Shown: piece after piece, positions 1 to 14,899 of the stretch
Layout of the letters: each line of letters opens with the position of its first letter
How positions within the stretch are numbered: the first letter of the stretch is position 1
Assembly: GCA_964016885.1 (NCBI GenBank)
Contig: CAXHJY010000928.1
Coordinates: 968,344-1,032,343 of the forward strand
DNA from: Eledone cirrhosa
Lineage: Eukaryota
Direction: 5' to 3'
DNA length: 64,000 nt
The notes under the pieces: model-generated
Databases searched by the model: none
What the model was told of the DNA's origin: nothing
Seen by the model: only the letters and a program-made list of their open reading frames with translations
Program-made: the position numbers and the translations under genes

Positions 1-3000
1 TAGTTTCTCTCTCAGTTCATCCATACACATCACACGTCTATACCAACACAGTCTCCTCTCCTACACACTACATCTGATTCCTCTTATCCCTAGTTTCTCT
101 CCCAGTTCATCCATAGACATCACATGTCTATACCAACACAGTCTCCTCTCCTACACACTACATCTGATTCCTCTTATACCTACTTTCTCTCTCAGTCCAA
201 CCATACACAGCACAAGTCTATACCAATATAGTCTCCTCTACTACACACTACATCTGATTCCTCTTATACCTAGTTTCTCTCTCAGTCCATCCATACCCAT
301 CACATAACTATACCAACACAGTCTCCTCTCCTACATCTGATTCCTCTTATACCTAGTTTCTCTCTCAGTGCATCCATACACATCACATGTCTATACCAAC
401 ACAGTCTCCTCTCCTTCACACTACATCTGATTCCTCTTATACCTAGTTTCTCTCCCAGTTCATCCATGCACATCACATGTCTATACCAACACAGTCTCCT
501 CTCCTACACTCTACATCTGATTCCTCTTATACCTAGTTTCTCTCCCAGTTCATCCATACACATCACATGTCTATACCAACACAGTCTCCCTTCCTACACA
601 CTACATCTGATTCCTCTCATACCTAGTTTCTCTCTCCATCCATACACATCACATGTCTCTACCAACACAGTCTCCTCTCCTACACACTACATCTGATTCC
701 TCTTATACCTAGTTTCTCTCTCCATCCATACACATCACATCTCTATACCAACACAGTCTCCTCTCCTACACACTACATCTGATTCCTCTTATACCTAGTT
801 TCTCTGTCAGTCCATCCATACACATCACATGTCTCTACCAACACAGTCTCCTCTCCTACACTCTACATCTGATTCCTCTTATACCTAGTTTCTCTCCTAG
901 TTCATTCATAGACATCACATGTCTATACCAACACAGTCTCCTCTCCTACACACTACATCTGATCCCTCTTATACCTAGTTTCTCTCTCCATCCATACACA
1001 TCACATGTCTATACCAATACAGTCTCATCTTCTACACACTACATCTGGTTCCTATTATACCTAGTTTCTCTCCCAGTTCATCCATACACATCACACGTTT
1101 ATACCAACACTGTGTCCTCTCCTACACACTACATCTGATTCCCCTTCTACCTTATTTCTCTATCCATCCATACACATCACATGTCTATACCAATACAGTG
1201 TCCTCTCCTACACTCTACATCTGATTCCTCTTATACCTAGTTTCTCTCCTAGTTCATTCATAGACATCACATGTCTATACCAACACAGTCTCCTCTCCTA
1301 CACACTACATCTGATCCCTCTTATACCTAGTTTCTCTCTCCATCCATACACATCGCATGTCTATACCAACACTGTCTCCTCTCCTACACTCTACATCTGA
1401 TTCCTCTTATACCTAGTTTCTCTACCAGTTCATTCATACACATAACATGTCTATACCGACACAGTCTCCTCTCCTACACACTACATCTGATTCCTCTTAT
1501 ACCTAGTTTCTCTCTCCATCCATACACATCGCATGTCTATACCAACACAGTCTCCTCTCCCACACTCTATATCTGATTCCTCTTATACCTAGTTTCTCTC
1601 CCAGTTCATTCATACACATCACATGTCTATACCAACACAGTCTCCTCTCCTACACACTACATCTGATCCCTCTTATACCTAGTTTCTCTCTCCATCCATA
1701 CACATCGCATGTCTATACCAACACAGTCTCCTCTCCTACACTCTACATCTGATTCCTCTTATACCTAGTTTCTCTCCCAGTTCATCCATACACATCACAT
1801 GTCTATACCAACACAGTCTCCTCTCCTACAGACTACATCTGATTCCTCTTATACCTAGTTTCTCTCTCCATCCATACACATCAAATGCCTATACCAACAC
1901 AGTCTCCTCTCCTACCCACTACATCTGATTCCTCTTCTAACTAGTTTCTCTCTCAGTTCATCCATACACATCACACGTCTATACCAACACAGTCTCCTCT
2001 CCTACACACTACATCTGATTCCTCTTATCCCTAGTTTCTCTCTCAGTCCATCCATACACATCACATAACTATACCAACACAGTCTCCTCTCCTACATCTG
2101 ATTCCTCTTATACCTAGTTTCTCTCTCAGTGCATCCATACACATCACATGTCTATACCAGCAGTCTCCTCTCCTTCACACTACATCTGATTCCTCTTATA
2201 CCTAGTTTCTCTCCCAGTTCATCCATACACATCACATGTCTATACCAACACAGTCTCCCTTCCTACACACTACATCTGATTCCTCTTATACCTAGTTTCT
2301 CTCTCCATCCATACACATCACATGTCTATACCAACACAGTCTCCTCTCCTACACACTACATCTGATTTCTCTTATACCTAGTTTCTCTGTGAATCCATCC
2401 TTATACATCACATGTCTCTACCAACACAGTCTCTTCTCCTACACACTACATCTGATCCCTCTTATACCTAGTTTCTCTCTCCATCCATACACATCGCATG
2501 TCTATACCAACACAGTCTCCTCTCCTACACTCTACGTCTGATTCCTCTTATAAATAGTTTCTCTCCCAGTTCATCCATACACATCACATGTCTATACCAA
2601 CAAAGTCTCCTCTCCTACACACTACATCTGATTCCTCTTATACCTAGTTTCTCTCTCCATCCATACACATCACATGTCTATAGCAATACAGTCTCCTCTT
2701 CTACACACTACATATGGTTCCTCTTATACCTAGTTTCTCTCCCAGTTCATTCATACACATCACATGTCTAAACCAACACAGTCTCCTCTCCTACACACTA
2801 CATCTGATTCCTCTCATACCTAGTTTCTCTCTCCATCCATACACATCGCATGTCTATACCAACACAGTCTCCTCTCCTACACTCTACATCTGATTCCTCT
2901 TATACCTAGTTTCTCTCCCAGTTCATTCATACACATCACATGTCTATACCAACACAGTCTCCTCTCCTACACACTACATCTGATCTCTCTTATACCTAGT

Positions 3001-6000
3001 TTCTCTCTCCATCCATACACATCACATGTCTATACCAACACAGTCTCCTCTCCTACACACTACATCTGATTCCTCTTATACCTAGTTTCTCTCTCCATTC
3101 ATACACATCGCATGTCTATACCAACACAGTCTCCTCTCCTACACTCTACATCTGATTCCTCTTATACCTAGTTTCTCTCCCAGTTCATTCATACACATCG
3201 CATGTCTATACCAACACAGTCTCCTCTCCTACACTCTACATCTGATTCCTCTCATACCTAGTTTCTCTCTCCATCCATACACATCACATGTCTCTACCAA
3301 CACAGTCTCCTCTCCTACACACTACATCTGATTCCTCTTATACCTAGTTTCTCTCTCCATCCATACACATCACATCTCTATACCAACACAGTCTCCTCTC
3401 CTACACACTACATCTGATTCCTCTTATACCTAGTTTCTCTGTCAGTCCATCCATACACATCACATGTCTCTACAAACACAGTCTCCTCTCCTACACTCTA
3501 CATCTGATTCCTCTTATACCTAGTTTCTCTCCTAGTTCATTCATACACATCACATGTCTATACCAACACAGTCTCCTCTCCTACACACTACATCTGATCC
3601 CTCTTATACCTAGTTTCTCTCTCCATCCATACACATCGCATGTCTATACCAACACAGTCTCCTCTCCTACACTCTACATCTGATTCCTCTTATACCTAGT
3701 TTCTCTCCCAGTTCATCCATACACATCACATGTCTATACCAACACAGTCTCCTCTCCTACACACTACATCTGATTCCTCTTATACCTAGTTTCTCTCTCC
3801 ATCCATACACATCACATGTCTATACCAATACAGTCTACTCTTCTACACACTACATCTGGTTCCTATTATACCTAGTTTCTCTCCCAGTTCATCCATACAC
3901 ATCACACGTTTATACCAACACTGTGTCCTCTCCTACACACTACATCTGATTCCTCTTCTACCTTATTTCTCTATCCATCCATACACATCACATCTCTATA
4001 CCAATACAGTGTCCTCTCCTACACACTACATTTGATTCCTCTTATACCTAGTTTCTCTCTCAGTTCATCCATACACATCACATGTCTATACCAATAGAGT
4101 CTCCTCTCCTACACACTACATCTGATTCCTCTTATACCTAGTTTCTCTCTCCATCCATACACATCGCATGTCTATACCAACACTGTCTCCTCTCCTACAC
4201 TCTACATCTGATTCCTCTTATACCTAGTTTCTCTACCAGTTCATTCATACACATAACATGTCTATACCGACACAGTCTCCTCTCCTACACACTACATCTG
4301 ATTCCTCTTATACCTAGTTTCTCTCTCCATCCATACACATCGCATGTCTATACCAACACAGTCTCCTCTCCCACACTCTATATCTGATTCCTCTTATACC
4401 TAGTTTCTCTCCCAGTTCATTCATACACATCACATGTCTATACCAACACAGTCTCCTCTCCTACACACTACATCTGATCCCTCTTATACCTAGTTTCTCT
4501 CTCCATCCATACACATCGCATGTCTATACCAACACAGTCTCCTCTCCTACACTCTACATCTGATTCCTCTTATACCTAGTTTCTCTCCCAGTTCATCCAT
4601 ACACATCACATGTCTATACCAACACAGTCTCCTCTCCTACAGACTACATCTGATTCCTCTTATACCTAGTTTCTCTCTCCATCCATACACATCAAATGCC
4701 TATACCAACACAGTCTCCTCTCCTACCCACTACATCTGATTCCTCTTCTAACTAGTTTCTCTCTCAGTTCATCCATACACATCACACGTCTATACCAACA
4801 CAGTCTCCTCTCCTACACACTACATCTGATTCCTCTTATCCCTAGTTTCTCTCTCAGTCCATCCATACACATCACATAACTATACCAACACAGTCTCCTC
4901 TCCTACATCTGATTCCTCTTATACCTAGTTTCTCTCTCAGTGCATCCATACACATCACATGTCTATACCAGCAGTCTCCTCTCCTTCACACTACATCTGA
5001 TTCCTCTTATACCTAGTTTCTCTCCCAGTTCATCCATACACATCACATGTCTATACCAACACAGTCTCCCTTCCTACACACTACATCTGATTCCTCTTAT
5101 ACCTAGTTTCTCTCTCCATCCATACACATCGCATGTCTATACCAACACAGTCTCCTCTCCTACACTCTACGTCTGATTCCTCTTATAAATAGTTTCTCTC
5201 CCAGTTCATCCATACACATCACATGTCTATACCAACACAGTCTCCTCTCCTACACACTACATCTGATTCCTCTTATACCTAGTTTCTCTCTCCATCCATA
5301 CACATCACATGTCTATACCAACACAGTCTCCTCTCCTACACACTACATCTGATTTCTCTTATACCTAGTTTCTCTGTCAATCCATCCTTATACATCACAT
5401 GTCTCTACCAACACAGTCTCCTCTCCTACACACTACATCTGATTCCTCTTATACCTAGTTTCTCTCTCAGTTCATCCATACGCATCACATGTCTATACCA
5501 ATAAAGTCTCCTCTCCTACACACTACATCTGATTCCTCTTATATCTAGTTTCCCTCTCAGATCATCCATACACATCACATGTTTATACCAACACTGTGTC
5601 CTCTCCTACACACTACATCTGATTCCTCTTCTACCTTATTTCTCTATCCATCCATACACATCACATGTCTATACCAACACAGTCTCCCCTCCTACATCTG
5701 ATTTCTCTTAAACCTAGTTTCCCACTCAGTCCATCCATACACATCACATGTCTATACCAACACAGTCTCCTCTCCTACACACTACATCTGATTCCTCTTA
5801 TACCTAGTTTCTCTCTCAGTTCATCCATACACATCACATGTCTATACCAACACAGTCTCCCCTCCTACACTCTACATCTGATTCCTCTTATACCTAGTTT
5901 CTCTCCCAGTTCATCCATACACATCACTTGTCTATACCAACACAGTCTCCCCTCATACATCTGATTCCTCTTATACCTAGTTTCTCTCTCATTCCATCCT

Positions 6001-9000
6001 TACACATCACATGTCTATACCAACACAGTCTCCCCTCCTACATCTGATTCCTCTTATACCTAGTTTCTCTCTCAGTTCATCCATACACATCACATGTCTA
6101 TACCAACAGTCTCCTCTCATACACACTACATCTGATTTCTCTTATACCTAGTTTCTCTCTCAGTCCATCCATACACATCACATGCCTATACCAACACCAT
6201 CTCTTCTCCTACGCACTACATCTGATTCCTCTTCTACCTAGTTTCTCCCTCAGTTCATCCATACACATCACACGTCTATACCAACACAGTCTCCTCTCCT
6301 ACACACTACATCTGATTCCTCTTATCCCTAGTTTCTCTCCCAGTTCATCCATAGATATCACATGTCTATACCAACACAGTCTCCTCTCCTACACACTACA
6401 TCTGATTCCTCTTATACCTACTTTCTCTCTCAGTCCAACCATACACAGCACAAGTCTATACCAATATAGTCTCCTCTACTACACACTACATCTGATTCCT
6501 CTCATACCTAGTTTCTCTCTCCATCCATACAAATCGCATGTCTATACCAACACAGTCTCCTCTCCTACACTCTACATCTGATTCCTCTTATACCTAGTTT
6601 CTCTCCCAGTTCATTCATACACATCACATGTCTATACCAACACAGTCTCCTCTCCTACACACTACATCTGATTCCTCTCATACCTAGTTTCTCTCTCCAT
6701 CCATACACATCACATGTCTCTACCAACACAGTCTCCTCTCCTACACTCTACATCTGATTCCTCTTATACCTAGTTTCTCTCCTAGTTCATTCATACACAT
6801 CACATGTCTATACCAACACAGTCTCCTCTCCTACACACTACATCTGATCCCTCTTATACCTAGTTTCTCTCTCCATCCATACACATCGCATGTCTATACC
6901 AACACAGTCTCCTCTCCTACACTCTACATCTGATTCCTCTTATACCTAGTTTCTCTCCCAGTTCATCCATACACATCACATGTCTATACCAACACAGTCT
7001 CCTCTCCTACACACTACATCTGATTCCTCTTATACCTAGTTTCTCTCTCCATCCATACACATCACATGTCTATACCAACACAGTCTCGTCTCCTACACAC
7101 TACATCTGATTCCTCTTATACATAGTTTCTCTCTCCATCCATACACATCACATGTCTATACCAACACAGTCTCGTCTCCTACACACTACATCTGATTCCT
7201 CTTATACCTAGTTTCTCTCTCCATCCATACACATCACATGTCTATACCAATACAGTCTCCTCTTCTACACACTACATCTGGTTCCTATTATACCTAGTTT
7301 CTCTCCCAGTTCATTCATACACATCACATATCTATACCAACATAGTCTCCTCTCCTACACACTACATCTGATTCCTCTTATACCTAGTTTCTCTCTCAGT
7401 CCATCCATACACATCGCATGTCTATACCAATACAGTCTCCTCTCCTACACACTACATCTGATTCCTCTTATACCTAGTTCCTCTCTCCATCCATACACAT
7501 CACATGTCTGTACCAACACAGTCTCCTCTCCTACACACTACATCTGATTCCTCTTATACCTAGTTTCTCTCTCCATCCATACACATCGCATGTCTATACC
7601 AACAGTCTCCTCTCCTACACTCTACATCTGATTCCTCTTATAACTAGTTTCTCTCCCAGTTCATTCATACACATCACATGTCTATACCAACACAGTCTCC
7701 TCTCCTACACACTACATCTGATTCCTCTCATACCTAGTTTCTCTCTCCATCCATACACATCACATGTCTATACCAACACAGTCTCCTCTCCTACACACTA
7801 CATCTGATTCCTCTTATACCTAGTTTCTCTGTCAGTCCATCCTTATACATCACATGTCTCTACCAACACAGTCTCCTGTCCTACACACTACATCTGATTC
7901 CTCTGATATCTAGTTTCCCTCTCAGTTCATCCATACACATCACAGGTCTATACCAACACAGTCTCCCCTCCTACATCTGATTTCTCTTAAACCTAGTTTC
8001 CCACTCAGTCCATCCATACACATCACATGTCTATACCAACACAGTCTCCCCTCCTACACTCTACATCTGATTCCTCTTATACCTAGTCTCTCTCCATCCA
8101 TACACATCACATGTCTATACCATCACAGTCTCCCCTCCTACACACTACATCTGATTCCTCTTATACATAGTTTCTCTCCCAGTTCATCCATACACATCAC
8201 ATGTCTATACCAACACAGTCTCCCCTCATACATCTGATTCCTCTGATACCTAGTTTCTCTCTCATTCCATCCATACACATCACATGTCTATACCAACACA
8301 GTCTCCCCTCCTACATCTGATTCCTCTTATACCTAGTTTCTCTGTCAATCCATCCTTATACATCACATGTCTCTACCAACACAGTCTCCTCTCCTACACA
8401 CTACATCTGATTCCTCTTATACCTAGTTTCTCTCTCAGTTCATCCATACGCATCACATGTCTATACCAATAAAGTCTCCTCTCCTACACACTACATCTGA
8501 TTCCTCTTATATCTAGTTTCCCTCTCAGTTCATCCATACACATCACATGTTTATACCAACACTGTGTCCTCTCCTACACACTACATCTGATTCCTCTTCT
8601 ACCTTATTTCTCTATCCATCCATACACATCACATGTCTATACCAACACAGTCTCCCCTCCTACATCTGATTTCTCTTAAACCTAGTTTCCCACTCAGTCC
8701 ATCCATACACATCACATGTCTATACCAACACAGTCTCCTCTCCTACACACTACATCTGATTCCTCTTATACCTAGTTTCTCTCTCAGTTCATCCATACAC
8801 ATCACATGTCTATACCAACACAGTCTCCCCTCCTACACTCTACATCTGATTCCTCTTATACCTAGTTTCTCTCCCAGTTCATCCATACACATCACTTGTC
8901 TATACCAACACAGTCTCCCCTCATACATCTGATTCCTCTTATACCTAGTTTCTCTCTCATTCCATCCTTACACATCACATGTCTATACCAACACAGTCTC

Positions 9001-12000
9001 CCCTCCTACATCTGATTCCTCTTATACCTAGTTTCTCTCTCAGTTCATCCATACACATCACATGTCTATACCAACAGTCTCCTCTCATACACACTACATC
9101 TGATTTCTCTTATACCTAGTTTCTCTCTCAGTCCATCCATACACATCACATGCCTATACCAACACCATCTCTTCTCCTACGCACTACATCTGATTCCTCT
9201 TCTACCTAGTTTCTCCCTCAGTTCATCCATACACATCACACGTCTATACCAACACAGTCTCCTCTCCTACACACTACATCTGATTCCTCTTATCCCTAGT
9301 TTCTCTCCCAGTTCATCCATAGATATCACATGTCTATACCAACACAGTCTCCTCTCCTACACACTACATCTGATTCCTCTTATACCTACTTTCTCTCTCA
9401 GTCCAACCATACACAGCACAAGTCTATACCAATATAGTCTCCTCTACTACACACTACATCTGATTCCTCTTATACCTAGTTTCTCTCTCAGTCCATCCAT
9501 ACCCATCACATAACTATACCAACACAGTCTCCTCTCCTACATCTGATTCCTCTTATACCTAGTTTCTCTCTCAGTGCATCCATACACATCACATGTCTAT
9601 ACCAACACAGTCTCCTCTCCTTCACACTACATCTGATTCCTCTTATACCTAGTTTCTCTCCCAGTTCATCCATGCACATCACATGTCTATACCAACACAG
9701 TCTCCTCTCCTACACTCTACATCTGATTCCTCTTCTACCTAGTTTCTCTCCCAGTTCATCCATAGACATCACATGTCTATACCAACACAGTCTCCTCTCC
9801 TACACACTACATCTGATTCCTCTTATACCTAGTTTCTCTCTCCATCCATACACATCACATCTCTATACCAACACAGTCTCCTCTCCTACACTCTACATCT
9901 GATTCCTCTTATACCTAGTTTCTCTCCCAGTTCATCCATACACATCACATGTCTATACCAACACAGTCTCCTCTCCTACACACTACATCTGATTCCTCTT
10001 ATACCTAGTTTCTCTCTCCATCCATACACATCACATGTCTATACCAATACAGTCTCCTCTTCTACACACTACATCTGGTTCCTATTATACCTAGTTTCTC
10101 TCCCAGTTCATTCATACACATCACATGTCTATACCAACACAGTCTCCTCTCCTACACACTACATCTGATTCCTCTCATACCTAGTTTCTCTCTCCATCCA
10201 TACAAATCGCATGTCTATACCAACACAGTCTCCTCTCCTACACTCTACATCTGATTCCTCTTATACCTAGTTTCTCTCCCAGTTCATTCATACACATCAC
10301 ATGTCTATACCAACACAGTCTCCTCTCCTACACACTACATCTGATTCCTCTCATACCTAGTTTCTCTCTCCATCCATACACATCACATGTCTCTACCAAC
10401 ACAGTCTCCTCTCCTACACTCTACATCTGATTCCTCTTATACCTAGTTTCTCTCCCAGTTCATTCATACACATCACATGTCTATACCAACACAGTCTCCT
10501 CTCCTACACACTACATCTGATCCCTCTTATACCTAGTTTCTCTCTCCATCCATACACATCGCATGTCTATACCAACACAGTCTCCTCTCCTACACTCTAC
10601 ATCTGATTCCTCTTATACCTAGTTTCTCTCCCAGTTCATCCATACACATCACATGTCTATACCAACACAGTCTCCTCTCCTACACACTACATCTGATTCC
10701 TCTTATACCTAGTTTCTCTCTCCATCCATACACATCACATGTCTATACCAACACAGTCTCGTCTCCTACACACTACATCTGATTCCTCTTATACATAGTT
10801 TCTCTCTCCATCCATACACATCTCATGTCTATACCAACACAGTCTCGTCTCCTACACACTACATCTGATTCCTCTTATACCTAGTTTCTCTCTCCATCCA
10901 TACACATCACATGTCTATACCAATACAGTCTCCTCTTCTACACACTACATCTGGTTCCTATTATACCTAGTTTCTCTCCCAGTTCATTCATACACATCAC
11001 ATGTCTATACCAACATAGTCTCCTCTCCTACACACTACATCTGATTCCTCTTATACCTAGTTTCTCTCTCAGTCCATCCATACACATCGCATGTCTATAC
11101 CAATACAGTCTCCTCTCCTACACACTACATCTGATTCCTCTTATACCTAGTTCCTCTCTCCATCCATACACATCACATGTCTGTACCAACACAGTCTCCT
11201 CTCCTACACACTACATCTGATTCCTCTTATACCTAGTTTCTCTCTCCATCCATACACATCGCATGTCTATACCAACAGTCTCCTCTCCTACACTCTACAT
11301 CTGATTCCTCTTATAACTAGTTTCTCTCCCAGTTCATTCATACACATCACATGTCTATACCAACACAGTCTCCTCTCCTACACACTACATCTGATTCCTC
11401 TCATACCTAGTTTCTCTCTCCATCCATACACATCACATGTCTATACCAACACAGTCTCCTCTCCTACACACTACATCTGATTCCTCTTATACCTAGTTTC
11501 TCTGTCAGTCCATCCTTATACATCACATGTCTCTACCAACACAGTCTCCTGTCCTACACACTACATCTGATTCCTCTTATATCTAGTTTCCCTCTCAGTT
11601 CATCCATACACATCACAGGTCTATACCAACACAGTCTCCCCTCCTACATCTGATTTCTCTTAAACCTAGTTTCCCACTCAGTCCATCCATACACATCACA
11701 TGTCTATACCAACACAGTCTCCCCTCCTACACTCTACATCTGATTCCTCTTATACCTAGTCTCTCTCCATCCATACACATCACATGTCTATACCATCACA
11801 GTCTCCCCTCCTACACACTACATCTGATTCCTCTTATACATAGTTTCTCTCCCAGTTCATCCATACACATCACATGTCTATACCAACACAGTCTCCCCTC
11901 ATACATCTGATTCCTCTGATACCTAGTTTCTCTCTCATTCCATCCATACACATCACATGTCTATACCAACACAGTCTCCCCTCCTACATCTGATTCCTCT

Positions 12001-14899
12001 TATACCTAGTTTCTCTCTCAGTTCATCCATACACATCACATGTCTATACCAACAGTCTCCTCTCATACACACTACATCTGATTTCTCTTATACCTAGTTT
12101 CTCTCTCAGACCATCCATACACATCACATGTCTATACCAACACAATCTCTTCTCCTACGCACTACATCTGATTCCTCTTCTACCTAGTTTCTCTCTCAGT
12201 TCATCCATACACATCACACGTCTATACCAACACAGTCTCCTCTCCTACACACTACATCTGATTCCTCTTATCGCTAGTTTCTCTCCCAGTTCATCCATAG
12301 ACATCACATGTCTATACCAACACAGTCTCCTCTCCTACACACTACATCTGATTCCTCTTATACCTGGTTTCTCTCCCAGTTCATCCATACCCATCACATG
12401 TCTATACCAACACAGTCTTCTCTCCTACACACTACATCTGATTCCTCTTATACGTAGTTTCTCTCTCTATCCATACACATCACATGTCTATACCAACACA
12501 GTCTCCTCTCCTACACACTACATCTGATTCCTCTTATACCTAGTTTCTCTCTCCATCCATACACATCGCATGTCTATACCAACACAGTCTCCTCTCCTAC
12601 ACTCTACATCTGATTCCTCTTATACCTATTTTCTCTCCCAGTTCATTCATACACATCACATGTCTATACCAACACAGTCTCCTCTCCTACACACTACATC
12701 TGATTCCTCTAATACCTAGTTTCTCTCTCAGTTCATCCATACACATCACATGTCTATACCAACACAGTCTCCTCTCCTACACACTACATCTGATTCCTCT
12801 TATACCTAGTTTCTCTCTCCATCCATTCACATCACATGTCTATACCAACACAGTTTCCTCTCCTACACACTACATCTGATTCCTCTTATACCTAGTTTCT
12901 CTCTCCATCCATACACATCACACGTCTATACCAACACAGTCTCCTCTCCTACACACTACATCTGATTCCTCTCATACCTAGTTTCTCTCTCCATCCATTC
13001 ACATCGCATGTCTATACCAACACAGTCTCCTCTCCTACACACTACATCTGATTCCTCTTATACCTAGTTTCTCTGTCAGTCCATCCATACACATCACATG
13101 TCTCTACCAACACAGTCTCCTCTCCTACACACTACATCTGATTCCTCTTATACCTAGTTTCTTTCTCAGTCCATCCATACTCATCACATGTCTATACCAA
13201 CACAGTCTCCTCTCCTACACACTACATCTGATTCCTCTTATACCTAGTTTCTCTCTCCATCCATACACATCACATGACTATACCAACACAGTCTCCTCTC
13301 CTACACACTACATCTGATTCCTCTCATACCTAGTTTCTCTCTCCATCCATACACATCACATGTCTATACCAACACAGTCTCCCCTCCTACACACTACATC
13401 TGATTCCTCTCATACCTAGTTTCTCTCTCCATCCATACACATCACATGCCTATGCCAACACAGTCTCCTCTCCTACACACTACATCTGATTCCTCTTATA
13501 CCTAGTTTCTCTCTCAGTTCATCCATACACATCACATAACTATACCAACACAGTCTCCCCTCCTACATCTGATTTCTCTTAAACCTAGTTTCCCTCTCAG
13601 TCCATCCATACACATCACATGTCTATACCAACACAGTCTCCCCTCCTACATCTGATTCCTCTTATACCTAGTTTCTCTCTCAGTTCATCCATACACATCA
13701 CATGTCTATACCAACAGTCTCCTCTCCTACACACTACATCTGATTTCTCTTATACCTAGTTTCTCTCTCAGTCCATTCATACACATCACATAACTATACC
13801 AACACTGTCTCCTCTCCTATATCTGATTCCTCTCTTACCTAGTTTCTCTCTCCATCCATACTCATCACATGTCTATACCAACACAGTCTTCTCTCCTACA
13901 CACTACATCTGATTCCTCTTATACCTAGTTCCTCTCTCCATCCATACACATCACATGACTATACCAACACAGTCTCCTCTCCTACACACTACATCTGATT
14001 CCTCTCATACCTAGTTTCTCTCTCCATCCATACACATCACATGTCTATACCAACACAGTCTCCTCTCCTACACACTACATCTGATTCCTCTCATACCTAG
14101 TTTCTCTCTCCATCCATACACATCACATGACTATACCAACACAGTCTCCTCTCCTACACACTACCTCTGATTCCTCTTATACCTAGTTTCTCTCTCCATC
14201 CATACACATCACATGCCTATGCCAACACAGTCTCCTCTCCTACACACTACATCTGATTCCTCTTATACCTGGTTTCTCTCCCAGTTCATCCATACCCATC
14301 ACATGTCTATACCAACACAGTCTCCTCTCCTACACACTACATTTGATTCCTCTTATACCTAGTTTCTCTCTCCATCCATACACATCACATGTCTATACCA
14401 ACAGTCTCCTCTCCTACACACTACATCTGATGCCTCTTATACCTGGTTTCTCTCCCAATTCATCCAGACACATGTCATGTCTATACCAACACAGTCTCCT
14501 CTCCTACACACTACATCTGATTCCTCTTATACCTAGTTTCTCTCTCAGCTCATCCATACACATCACACGTCTATACCAACACAGTCTCCTCTCCTACACA
14601 CTACCTCTGATTCCTCTTATACCTAGTTTCTCTCTCTATCCATACACATCACATGTCTATACCAACACAGTCTCCTCTCCTACACACAACATCTGATTCC
14701 TCTTATACCTAGTTTCTCTCTCAGTCCATCCATACACATCGCATGTCTATACCAACACTGTGTCCTCTCCTACACACTACATCTGATTCCTCTTATACCT
14801 AGTCTCTCTCTCAGTCCATCCATACACATCACATGTCTATACCAACACAGTCTCCTCTCCTACACACTACATCTGATTCCTCTTATACCTAGTTTCTCT

